A stretch of 64,000 bases of DNA from the NCBI GenBank assembly GCA_051362555.1, contig CM120647.1, positions 6,634,001-6,698,000 of the forward strand. Reading direction: 5' to 3'. Origin of the DNA: Lingula anatina. Taxonomy: Eukaryota; Animalia; Brachiopoda. The translations under genes and the position numbers were made by a program. Positions 1-12,276 of this stretch are shown piece after piece. The notes beneath the pieces are model-generated. The model saw only the letters and a list, made by a program, of their open reading frames with translations. It ran no database searches and was not told the origin of the DNA. Each line of letters starts with the position of its first letter. The stretch's first letter is position 1.

Positions 1-3000
1 GATGTTGATGGCAGAATACATGTACGTGAATTGAAACTAGAGAATTTCAGAGATTTGACAAAGCAAATATATATATCGAAATGATAAAATAAAACAAAAT
101 ATATTGAAATGTATTTAAAAAGTATGGAATGAAATTATATAAAATTATTATATAAGGGGACCCTGATTCACTTGAAAGTAATTGAAATTGTCATCACCTT
201 TCCCTCGTAAATGAGTGCCCATCTGAAAATAAAAGAAAAGAAAGAGAAATCAATATTTGCAAAGGATCTTTGCAAATATCTTGTCCATGAAACAAACACC
301 CAATGCCGATGACAATACCACAGTGCTAATGCGACAAAAAGGTTGACAAGATATCGGATCGTTGAGGTCTGTAAATTGACGCTATCTGACGCGAAAACGT
401 TGAAACGTCAATACATATAGAATATTCTCTAACGCAACGCCTGCCCTTTTCACCAAAACATCATCTTAGAAACAAAATGTCAATATGCGCATTCGATGTC
501 TTCATTTTCGCCTGATGTTCTATTCATGACTTCTTATTTCGTAAGAATGATCTGTGTGTTGTCCCGAGAGGATTCATCTTAGGCCGCATTCAGAACAAAT
601 TGATCCGCGGACAAACAGTTCCCTTGATCAAATATGGCCGACTCACTTGAAAGCTTGGCGCATAATCCCCTAAAAGACACTGAACAGATTCCTGGCGGGG
701 ATAACGTGGTGATATATCAAGTGGTGGGCCGTATTTTATCTGCGTTTCAACTTTGGTTGTGAATAGAGTCTTACTGTGGGAGATATGAGTTGAGAGTCGG
801 AACTAAGTGACAATCGTCTATGCGTGATTAGCAGATATTGAATGCCAGCTATGTTTCTTTTTGGCAGCGTTGTGTTTTTCTTGAATTCGCTATGAATAAT
901 TACACCGGGAACGAAAGAAAACAATGTTGCAGACGTGTCTCGAGTTTGAATACCATTTCACCTCGTTCCTGCAAACCCTGCCTCTGCCAATGTGTAATAC
1001 AGTGTATCATCAAAAAAGATCTATCAATTCATCGTAATTCATCTCTGCACCCTCATCTCTCTTTCTCTCTTTGCCGACTGATCCAGTATCCATGTGTAAA
1101 GGCCGTAGGTTTGAAATCTGAGTTGTGGAAGGGAATGCAGTGGCAGTATATACTCATGGATGTATGCGCGATTGTAGACAAGAAGTTCCAAGACGAGTCC
1201 TTAAAAAGTCCGAGCTTGTGACAATCGTAAAGCTATAACACTTCTGGAAGCTGTGCTTCCATCGAATAATTCCTTTTCGTAGAAAATTGTGCTTTAGCTT
1301 TACAACCTGATGGCAAAATGCTTCTTTGCATTGGACGTAAGTTCATTTAAAATGCTCTGAAAAAAAAAACACCAGATTGAACTACCGGTAATTTTGGTGG
1401 GAGTTAATCCACACCCTCTGTTCGACTAAAATTTCCCGAAAACTGAAACCACCACTTTTGAACATTTCTGGACTTAATTAGAGGCTATGTGAAGTCGTAT
1501 CTCAGTTATTTTCATAAATAAAGACGTTTGCCATTTCTATTGGGAATTTTGAGTAAAGATCCTAGGCTTATTATCATTGAGGGTTTTAATGGCCTGAAAC
1601 AGGCTCAGTGTTGACTGCAAAAAAGGAGACACTTACATGCAATAAGCACACACTATGAACAACCCAATTTAGTCATGCGACAGTCATATCTGTGACAAAT
1701 CGAGAGTGCTATCACTTCATTTGCTTATCGTCTTTCCCCTAAGGACTTACGAAGGCAATGCTCGGCTTATTGTCACGCAATTTTCCAACTGCTGAAATCT
1801 GAACATATAAAAAAAAACACAAAATGAACGTTAAGTCATAGACAAAAAAGGCTTCAAAAATTATATATAATGTCAACACTTTTTCTCATAATCGCTAAAA
1901 AATGTACAATGCAAAAGTGTTTTCTGAACTGCGATGCTTATATAGACGTTGGTGACCTCTGCATGTTGGTTTTGAATTAATATATAGTAATAGAGATAGA
2001 TAGATACTGTCGATCTTTATACGAGAAGAGTAAAAAAGACATTTAGAAATCGAATGCGGGTTTGAAAGTCTACTTTTTCTCTGCGACATTGGATTGCGGT
2101 AGATTGATGACAACAGGAGGATTTTCTACATATCCAAAAACGTTTTTTAAAATTGTTGCTCTTGCTATATGAAGGTCTCGCTTGCTTTTGGTGACATTGA
2201 GTAGCTCGATTGCAAAGGCTTCATGGTTTCGACTATGTTAGGAGAGAGAGCACAATGTTTAATCCACATTAGAGTAAGCACGAATGCTGTGCGATACGAT
2301 GACACGCACAAAAGGATATTATGACAAATGACAGATAATGGCCGGAGGGCGAATAATTTGTTCCTATGAATATAACCCATCCATTATATGGGCTTATCGT
2401 TCAGGATAGATAATAGATGAAGACGTCTCACTAATGCTACCATGGATTTATGCTAAATATAAAATGGTAAATCAAAATTCATAGTCCGTTTAAAGAAATA
2501 TTACGTTTTCGTTTAATTCATATAACACAGATAAACAAATAACATTCGCCCTATATCCCTATACCCAATAACCCTGTAGTTCGGCTTACCCAAACATTAA
2601 ATAATCAAAATGCAATCCTGGGTCTTCATTCCTGTCACAGGGAGCTTTCCAACAAGTGTTGTCATTGATGAATGAACCATTAAGAGTTGTCTACCAACAT
2701 TTTGTCCTAATATTTGTAAGGATTGATAATTGCGAGTCACCAGGCCTGCGAGCAAGCTGTCCGCTGTGTGATAAGGGACCCTTGAACCGAACCCTCAAAG
2801 GAACCTGCCACAGCTTTGCTCTAAGCCATGCGTGTACATATATTTGTATTTAATATTTTATTGGAAATTAAAACGATTTGCTTATTTTTGTAATTGGGTG
2901 CAGACATGGCGATGAAAACAGGAGTCACACTTGTGAGCATGGGTTGGAAAACGGATATGTTTTTAGCTAAACTAATATGTAAATAATACAAAATCATTAA

Positions 3001-3032
<32 letters not shown>

Positions 3033-3170
3033 CGTAACGGTCTGGTCATATGGGTGAAAATGTGCACCAACTATGAGTAATACAACAATGTATATAAACG
3101 TACAGCAAATCAGTATGCTAAAAGCCATCATCATAACAAATAATAAAACAAAAACACGGACTACCTGTTA

Positions 3171-3355
3171 GAGCGCATTCAGAACAGCGGACTAACAGAT
3201 CCGTGGATCAAATATGGCCGACCCACTTGAATGGTTGTTGGGTAATCCCTACAGGGAATCTATTCAGTGTCTAATCGGGAATTAAGCGGCAAGCTTTTCA
3301 CTGGGTCACCATATTTGATCCACAGATCTGTTGGACCGCTGTTCCGAATGCGCTC
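3171..3355. mobile_element. Palindromic MITE (PIF/Harbinger-like; TTA/TAA flanks)
   Basis: Arms GAGCGCATTCAGAACAGCGGACTAACAGATCCGTGGATCAAATATGG... and ...CATATTTGATCCACAGATCTGTTGGACCGCTGTTCCGAATGCGCTC are near reverse complements. Related copies at about 581-740, 19213-19365 and 24945-25098. Confidence 0.75.
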
Positions 3356-4971
3356 TAATGTGTGAACAATCAGGTGACTTAAGGCGACGTCAGCTTATTA
3401 TATTGGCTGCAGGAGAGCACGGTAGTTTGTATGTGATGTATCGTTAATGACGTAATATCCGGCAGGCAATATCCGGACTTTCATTAGTGTTACCGTGACT
3501 GGGGTGCATTGGCAGCTTATCACTTAAGAGTTGAATGGAGATAGATCACCAAAACTGATGTGTTTTCTGCACGGGGTAATGGGAACTTAGAGGAGGATGT
3601 TTCAGAAATAACCTTTTTTTGTCCGATATTTGGTCTAAAGTTCTAGACTTGTGTAAATTATGCTTTGCCTCGAGATGGATACCCGGCAGTTAGTGCAAAT
3701 AATAAAACAAAAAAAAAAAAGGAATAAAATGATGTGTTGCGCCTGTTCTATAACAAATACATCCGTAATTCTATGGACCCACAGTTATTTTATTTAAGTG
3801 TACAACATTGGGTTTATCTTGACATGGGCCATATTTTTTGGTCTTCGAGTTAGGTTCAATTTCGCCAAATGAATTATTTACAGTATAAAACTGGCCGAGC
3901 TGTTGATGTATCTTATTTGACCCAACAAAGCTGGATCGAGTGAAGCTACCAGTTACATGCATATTCTCAGTGCTGTTAATCCCATTTGTGCTTTTCTTAT
4001 ATATATGAGTGCCAAGCCAAGTGAACCACGCAGAAGTGCGAGTTGAAGCATCGGGCATTTCTGCAATTAAGCATTGTGCAATTATCTAACTAAATGCAGG
4101 CCTTAGTTTCCCCAACGCAGGTTTTGTAACCACTTTCACTCTACATTAAATGTAACCGATGTGTGGTTTAATGATATGATACAGCAATAATGAAATAATT
4201 AGCGGTCGATCATTGAGCAGAACCAAGGTATTGAAGGGCAACAGCGTATATCTGATATATTTATTCTTATATAACCCGTTAGAGCAGCATGAGCTATAGT
4301 GACAATATGCCGGTATGTGTAATATAAAAGCAGTAGATTTTACATCAAGTGTGCATCAAAATATACAATAAGGATAACCGGTATGGTTTGTGACATATGT
4401 ACAAAGAGATAACTTATAAAACAATGAATAACATGAACACGACAGTAACAGTACAGGGCATTCCTGTCATGGCACAGTTTGAAAACTCAGCTTGCTCAAT
4501 TAATTCATCCAACTAGCAAAAGGTGTATCTCGCCCGATAGTTCACCGTATTGTTTCTGCTCCTGTTTTTTGGTAAAAACAAAATACCGCAGGCATGCACT
4601 TGAACAGCAGCGGATCGGTTTGATCAACACTGGATAGGGTATATTATGGATAATGCTAGGGTTCAACACATGGAAACAAATGTTTACTGATAACTGATAG
4701 AAATAACTGGTGATCATGATCCCGATAATGGACTGTACTACCTTATAGAACCACGGCAAACTGGCAAATATACAAAATGACACCATATACATTCAAAAGA
4801 CCAAAAATAGAAACAAAACGGTGAGAATCTGTAGTGTTCCAGGACAATTCATTTGCAGTTCAGTTGGATATATGTGACAGGCAAGGCTTATGTTTCACAT
4901 CATACTTTTTTATTCAAATTATGGCTAGTAGACCAAGACGTATATACATGAATATATAGGGTACTACAAAT

Positions 4972-5093
4972 TACAAGGTCAGGTTCGCAATCATTTGTAC
5001 AAGGTCAGGTTCGCAATCATTTGTACAAGGTCAGGTTCGCAATCATTTGTACAAGGTCAGGTTTGCAATCATTTGTACAAGGTCAGGGTCGCA
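4972..5093. repeat. 26-bp tandem minisatellite, about 4.7 copies
   Basis: Unit TACAAGGTCAGGTTCGCAATCATTTG is directly repeated. Confidence 0.9.
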
Positions 5094-5589
5094 TTAATGT
5101 GTGCAGGTAATCCCCGTGCTAGATTTTGACCCACTAACGTGACGTTCGTCACGCTAACCCTAACCTGCTTGAATCCAACTGAGGTCGGACTCCTACTCTA
5201 CGGGCCATCAGTTTTTTGCTTCGGGTCTTTAGTTTCTTTCTCAGATCTATGCTTCGTTTCATGCAATGCACGATCGTTCGTGCCCAGTTCTTTCGTGAAG
5301 ACGCACAAGATTGCCCCCTCTTCACCGCCCGTCTTCTTTAACCAAACAAAATGCTCAATCGATCCTTCTCCGCGTTCGCGTGCCACCGCGGCAATTACTC
5401 TACGAGATAACGACAGGTCTTATTTGCGTGGTTGCCCAAACCATGTAATTACTTTGAAGATAAAGAGTTATTAGCGCGACACGCAATGTACAATGTACTT
5501 TTATCTTCACAAAACAGCGCCCAGGTACACATGTATTACAACAATAGAGTTTCACTAACGTCGCGAGCCAGCTGTTGAAATTCAAAAAT

Positions 5590-5845
5590 ACACACACTGG
5601 ACAATAGAAGTATCACCCCTACTGAACCAATACTTTGGGGGAGATAAATGACTGTGGAATGATATGCTCCTGGTATCATTTTTTTAACATCAAATTCACA
5701 AAAAGACCAACCAGACAATTCCATGGTACAGCGGTTTTATACTCACTAGTCACATTATAAGTAGACCAGGCATTATCACTACTCAAGATCTACCTATTGA
5801 TTGTTCTGATTCAGGGGGTGACAATTCGATTGCCCATTGTGTGTA
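5590..5845. mobile_element. Non-autonomous TIR element, degraded; second copy at about 52294-52532
   Basis: Colinear similarity with 52294-52532. Terminal inverted repeats CACACTGGACAATAGAAGT / ACTTCTATTGTCCAGTGTG. Confidence 0.65.
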
Positions 5846-5861
5846 GATATATTTGAGCTGT

Positions 5862-6049
5862 CCTGGTGTAACGAAATTGAGGGACTGTGTAACAGTAAGT
5901 CCGCCCTCCATTTGTTTATAAGGGTAAGGGTTAGTCTGACCTAAGCAGGTCAAAATCTAGAGCTAGGTTTACCTGTACAAATAAATAGGAAGCGGACCGT
6001 CTATCATTTGGGGGGGGGGGGGGGGGGGGGCTCTGTCACGTTACACCGG
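5862..6049. mobile_element. Dispersed repeat/MITE with short GGTGTAACG...CGTTACACC ends; inverted copy at about 17160-17325
   Basis: Reverse-complement similarity to 17160-17325 and partially to 5100-5165. Confidence 0.55.
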
Positions 6050-7789
6050 CCTTCAGATGTAAATAGTGACAAAAATAAATAAAATTTTTGTCGTTACAAA
6101 ACATGTTGTTTCAAGTTGACTGGCTTTTCACTTCGCGCGCTATATTTTAGTGACGCAACTGCACCGGCAAACATTGAGACTCTCCCACATGTAAATTGAG
6201 CTACAAGAAAGTGTACACCCTTTCAAGTTCTTCATTAGTCCACTTAAAGCATCATTCCTTTGAGGCAGAATTAACGCTGACCGTTTAGGCAACTCCGGAC
6301 AACATTATCCATTAGATAAAATTGCTATCCTCTGGGCAATTATGGGTAAAGTGATGTTTACTAAACACTATGTAGATACTTGCTTTCCAGTGGTTAAAAA
6401 AGGCTGCTGTCTTCAGGATAACTTTCCAGAGGATAGAAATTTTATCCAAAGGATAGTGTTTTCCTTATGATAGCGATATCCAGTGTTAATGAAAATGAGC
6501 CTAGGGGGCTAGCAGGTTGCCAATCGTTCAAAATATACCAGAGTAGCTGTATATATCGCTCAGACCTACCGTTCAATGGGAAATGGTCTTTCTTTGAGCA
6601 AGACTTTTGTATCGCTTGGGCAAACCTTGTCAATATGGCCGCTACAGGAAGTAAACTCAGTATTATATCAGCTATTCGGTCGATAACAGCCGTTAGCACG
6701 ATTAACGATAGTGATCATAAAATGTCAACGGACGCTTTATTTGCTTGTTATTGATTGGTTTTTGTGTCCTTAAACGGTACCGACTTGCTCATTTCTTTTT
6801 CGCATGCAATGTTTGGAACTAGTTATGAAATTGGCGTTATTTATGTGTGTTTGTGAGAGTGCAAGTGCGTTTTTGCGTGTTTGTTTGTGGGGTTTGTAAG
6901 TGTGTTTGAGTGCCGAGCTTTAAACCTTATGTAAAATGATATCAATTATACAAGAAAGCATCAATTATAAACTTAAATTGCACTGCAAACTATTCCGTGT
7001 ACTGTTTCTGACAAACATATACACATGCACGCACGCACACACGCACACACGCACATTGACACCCACACCCACGCACAAACATACACACACGCATTGACAC
7101 GCGCGTACATAGTGACACACACACATAAATACACTCAAATACACACGCACTGAACATAAACATGCACCTTGGTTTTAAAACAGCGCACCGGGTGTAACAT
7201 GCAATAGCATCGTTTCTTTACAAAATTGTGTCGAAATTAACCGTTCACGTCAGCGACACAATCAGCATTTACAATAAGATCCCAGTGCATGTGTATATAG
7301 CATGTGTAAAGCAGGTCAAGGTAAAATAGCGTGGGGTAGGAAGAATCGTTTCAACAGAATGAAATGTCGATAAACAAAATACGCATGGGCGGAATATGTT
7401 GTAAAATTTGCTCAATATCTTGGATATATTTAGTTAAAATAACAATTATTACTAATAACAATATAAAACAACTCAAAGTGTATACGGATTATTAACCAAC
7501 ATGATACGATTATTAATATTCTCTTGCGACATATTGCCTTGTTGGTAGTTTTCTTTGACAACGCACGATTTTTTTATACAAAATAAATTAATTAAAATAC
7601 TAATTATCTCCTTATCCTTAGTGTATTGCCAGTAGTTTACTATTATTATTATTATTATTATTATTTTAATCGTCATCATCATAATAATCGCAATTGTTGT
7701 AAATAATTGTTATTGTTATTGCTACTCAACTTCGTCCCCTAGTAATAAGATGGCATTAACAAAAAGAGTCGAGTGACAAACGACGTCCT

Positions 7790-8450
7790 TAGCACTACAT
7801 ATAGCGGTGTGCAATGTGAACATTGATTTTCCAATTGAAAAATGGAAGTTACTTCGTGCTTTGCCCTTTCGAGAAAAAATATGATCATAAACTACTCACA
7901 TTGCAATTCAAAATTTTACATAGACTTTATTTCACGAATTAGATGCTCTTTAACTTATTTTCTGATAGACCATGAACAATGCACTTTCTGTAATGCCCCA
8001 AAAGTAACTTTATTACATATTTTCTGGGGTTGTACATATGTCCAAGCTATTTGGACGTGTTTCATTCAGAACCAAAGTACACAGTACTCTGTTGCATTAG
8101 AACGAAAATTTTTGTTTCTATTTGGATTCTTAGACAACAGCCATTGCATGGGTCTAAATCTACTTCTTCACATTAAGAAACATCTCACTCTGTGCAGACA
8201 GATTAAAATTAAACCGCTCTGGGATGCCTGCAAAAGTATTTGGAAAAGCAAAAGAAAATAGATTTTCAGTATTTATATCTACTGGGTATTTTCAAGGCAG
8301 CAGATCTAGAGAAAAATGGGAAGGTGTAGAAAAAAACATTCAAGTTTGTTTGCAAGAACTTTTAATCTTATTGTGTGAATGGCGTGTGGAAGGTGTCTTT
8401 GTCTCTCATTTTGTTGTAAATGTTAACTTTGTGTATGGAAATAAAAATAG
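7790..8450 (+). mobile_element. 5'-truncated, frameshifted LINE (L1/Tx1-like) ORF2 C-terminal remnant
   Basis: EQCTFCNAPKVTLLHIFWGC..VQAIW matches the C-x2-C-x8-H-x4-C zinc knuckle found downstream of RT. A 3' AATAAAAA lies at about 8440. Confidence 0.7.
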
Positions 8451-10876
8451 TTGCTTCGATCGGTAAACATATATACGTAGGCCTTCACGTTTAAAGGCCT
8501 ACGGACCAAGTTGGGGAGGGGTGTACACGGACCAATACGGGGCGATTAATACACGGACCTTGTCATGGAGATTAGTACACGGACCAATTCACAGGGGATC
8601 GTTACACAGACCAAGTCACGTTGGGGGGGGGGGGGGGGGTCTATACGAAGCAAGTCACGAGGGCCCCTTTCGCTAATCACCGCTCCTCGCTTGGGAAAAA
8701 GTATTTCCGATGAGTTCTCTGGCTGACCTTTGCTCAAAATGAGCCTTTGATGCATTCCTGATTGCCTAAGTAGTTCCTAAGAGAGGGTGATTGATACTCT
8801 TTTTCCTCTGTGGTCGGTGAAGGTTTCTGTCCCGTGAAAGGTCAAAACTCACATGCAGAAGTTGAACTGTGTACATATTAACGTTTAAACGTGTTTTGAC
8901 ATATGTAAAATAAAAAGAAATGTGTAGTACTAGAATGAGCAGCCATAAAGATGGACATATACATGTGTGTACAGTTGCGCTTGCGCAGTGTGCACAGGGA
9001 GCATTCGCTGGCGTATACTGGTGCAACCTGTTCATCTTGCATAATGTTTTTATATTAGATCTCACACATATTCACACTAATCCAAGCCATGGTTGACTTG
9101 AATACTGATGGATTGCAATCAATTAGTCAACTAGCTTTTTCCTCTAGCCGGTGTATTATTGGATATAAGTGATATTCATGACACGATTTTCTATAACTGT
9201 CAATCCGTTTGTCATTACAGAGGGATTAGAGTCAATTACAATGGCTTGTCACATACGTTTAAAATGCATTGTTTTTTTAATACCGTTTTCAACAAGGACT
9301 TAGTCACAGATGTAAAGTTATTAAGTAGTCGGATTCTCAAAGAAGCTTTAGGCTGAAAATTGCTCTAAACTTGAGGTTAAACTGAAAGCTAGTTTGAATC
9401 AAAAGAAACGTGCAGTACTACAATTTAATGAAATGCATCACACCCATTTTACAGCAAGGAACGTGTGACTTTTGTTCCTCATATTTATTATGAGTTTTAA
9501 CACTAAGATATTATCGCAAAATGAAGTGGAGAAAATCAAAGAGATGTATCTGCGAATGTGAATGTCTTCAAGTTTAGTAAGACCAAATTTACGGTCTTTA
9601 AATTTAGTTAGACCAAATTTACGGCGTAAAAGTTTAGTTAAAGCAATTATCTGGCTAAATTTATTTTGTAAAACAGCTAGGACCCTAGAAGCAAAATGCA
9701 GTACACACTTCCCTAAGGTGTAACACGCGGCGCGTCGCGAACACCTGACTTATTTCTACCAATTAGACTTAATTCCCTGGAATAACAATTCTCTAGAGAG
9801 AACCGCCAGAAAATAAATTGACAGGATCCACTTGACCTTTGGGGCGCCGTTGGAGATCGCAGTGATTCCTATCAACGTTTGTACGTACCTGCGCGGGTTT
9901 GTTACTCCCCGGTGTTTGCGGGAATAAAAAAGCACTGAATTTTGCCTTTTTCTTACTCTTTTTCTTACTTCTTCTTCTTTTTTTTTCTTTTTTGGAGGGG
10001 TTGGGGTCCACACGGTGCACTGTAGTGCGGATGCGTGCAGTGGTCTAATGCACCGGTTTTACACTGTGTAAAGTGCATATACATATACCTGAACCAACCG
10101 TTCTAATCTTTACCCTCTTCGTGCAATGGAGGTTGTGATTGCCCTGTGCTAGAAAACTGCTGAGGGAGACGTCATATTTTACTTATGTTTTCCGCATCCA
10201 ATTTCATAAACTACTCCTCTACTCTTGGAAAATGTCTAAATTGAATTTGTTCCTATTTAAATAATTTAGATTTTTTATCTGAGTTTTTTTTTTTTTTTTT
10301 TTTTTGTGGTATTGCAAAGTTTATCGACAGTAGGCTATATCTTTTATACATTTTTGTTTCTTTCTACTGGGTACTAGTACATATACATATTGATATTCTA
10401 TGCTGCAATATATCCATACTAATGTTTTGTATGTGGCGTCAAAACTGATGTACACTCGACCAAAAAGTTCGGAAAATGATTTTCAATAATTAAGATATTA
10501 CGTAATGTAAAGAGAAATTCTTCAGTGTGTATAAAAAGTAACGAATGGTGTATGAATCAACCATCAATATTTGGTTTAAGTATTTACCTAGACTTATATG
10601 GCTATTTTATAACTATTCAAAATAAGAATGTTTCCGAAAGTTTTTGCTCGAGTGTATATCAGGCCCATAACCAGCAATTCCAAAGGCGGTGGGGACTTGT
10701 CCTGAAAAGTGGATATTTTACCATGAAACCTTCGTATACCTATAGATCACATTTTACCCAGAGCAGACCTTTTGCTGGCAAAAAGAACTGTTAATTCCCA
10801 GGCGTGTATATATATAAAAGTACATGTAGAAGGAGACATATCATTGTAACTTATGGTTTTCAATGTGTATTTTCAG

Positions 10877-11700
10877 GTTATGGCCACAGCACGCCGAAGA
10901 CCGTCGGAGGCAAGATCTTCTGTATGTTCTACGCTCTCTGTGGCATCCCAATGACCCTGGTTATGTTCCAGAGTATCGGTGAACGTCTCAATACCTTCGT
11001 CACATTCATCCTCAAGCACGTCAAAAAATGCCTCAAATTGAAAAATACCGAGGTCAGCCAGACAAACTTGATCATGGTCGGCCTGAACATGTGCACAATA
11101 GTCCTTACATCGGGAGCGGCGGCGTTTTCCATATACGAAGATTGGCCGTATTTAGATTCCTTTTATTACTGTTTTATAACGCTTACGACTATAGGGTTTG
11201 GGGACTTTGTAGCCTTACAGAAGAGCAAGGCGTTGCAAAGTCGCCCAGACTATGTTGCATTCAGTTTGATATTTATACTCTCCGGTCTGGCGGTATTGTC
11301 CGCCAACATGAATCTCTTAGTGCTGCGATTTTTGACTTTAAACACAGAAGACGAGAGGCGGGAGGAGTTGGAGGCGGCGGTCGCGGCAAGAGGAGCCGTT
11401 CGACTGGAAGGAGACATTATTGTTCCCAACGGGAATGTCATCCAAGGACAACCCCAGGAAAACCCCGAGTATAGTGACCTTGCCTCGGTCTGCTCATGCA
11501 CGTGTTACAACCTCCGAGCCAGAGCGTCTGAAAAAAAGCACAGACTCTTGTCCCGCTCGCCAGGCGGCGGCAAAGGCGCTCACCACGTGCAGATGACGTC
11601 AATGAACTCAAACCGAGACCAAGATCTCCACAGTTGTTCCGACGATGTGTCTTTACAATTCCCCTACCAATACCTCTCCCGGAAAAGAGCGTCTATATAA
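10877..11700 (+). CDS. Two-pore-domain K+ channel, TASK (KCNK3/KCNK9-like) subfamily; terminal coding exon only
   Basis: Acceptor tttcag|GTTATGGC splits the first filter (G|GY G), the intron position typical of TASK genes. Motifs: [19 protein letters not shown] (P1-TM2), [19 protein letters not shown] (P2), LVLRFLT (TM4 X-gate/Gq region) and C-terminal RKRASI (14-3-3-type motif). Stop TAA at 11698-11700. Exon 1 was not found in the window and probably lies upstream. Confidence 0.95.
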
Positions 11701-12169
11701 TGACATTCACCACTGCTAACAGAATTGTATCCAACAAAAAGGGCAGTATTTGGCGTGCGATAAAAATGATAAAATATCTCAACGCCGCAAACACACTTGG
11801 GTCACCATTTTATGTTGGGCCACTACTGTGGAAGACCACCACATCGCCAAGAGATCATCGCATCTAATCCATCCTCTCTCATTTATACACATACCGTATA
11901 TGGCTCTTAACTAACCGATGCGTTATACTGTGGTTCACTTCAAACATACCTCAGGCACATGCTGTTCAAATGAGATTCATGGTCGTATGAAACAAAGACG
12001 CATGCGTACCGAGGCTTTTGAAAGTCCACCGAAAGAGGGTGCTGTCGCTGCTACCGGACGCACAACTGGACGAGCCGTAGGATCGAGGTGTGACCAAGGA
12101 CAGAGGAGTGACCATGAGTCGAAGCTTAACAAATGAAGTGCATGTATTGTTGATGTCCAAGCGCAGTGA

Positions 12170-12276
12170 GCAACGCAATCAATTGCCAAGAGCTTGCTTA
12201 TCAAACGCAATCAATTGCCAAGAGCTTGCTCAACAAACGCAATCAATTGCCAAGAGCTTGCTCAACAAACGCAATC
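12170..12276. repeat. 32-bp tandem repeat (about 3.3 copies) in the probable 3' UTR of the K2P gene
   Basis: Unit CAAACGCAATCAATTGCCAAGAGCTTGCTCAA. Confidence 0.9.

Noticed and set aside
4972-5093. Regular short repeats suggestive of a CRISPR array (also 12170-12276 and 41176-41430)
   Set aside because: The units are head-to-tail with no unique spacers, there are no cas genes, and the context is eukaryotic.
3771-5474. Cluster of 60-110 aa ORFs within the presumed K2P intron
   Set aside because: No recognisable domain, no consistent exon chain, and none matches the expected TASK exon 1.
10804-10876. N-terminal 24 aa of the 298-aa ORF ([11 protein letters not shown]...)
   Set aside because: Open intron sequence upstream of the tttcag acceptor; not K2P-like.
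11028-11474. 148-aa alternative-frame ORF overlapping the K2P exon (and similar shadow ORFs over the LamG and EF-hand exons)
   Set aside because: By-product of GC-richer coding DNA; no recognisable motifs or independent splice signals.
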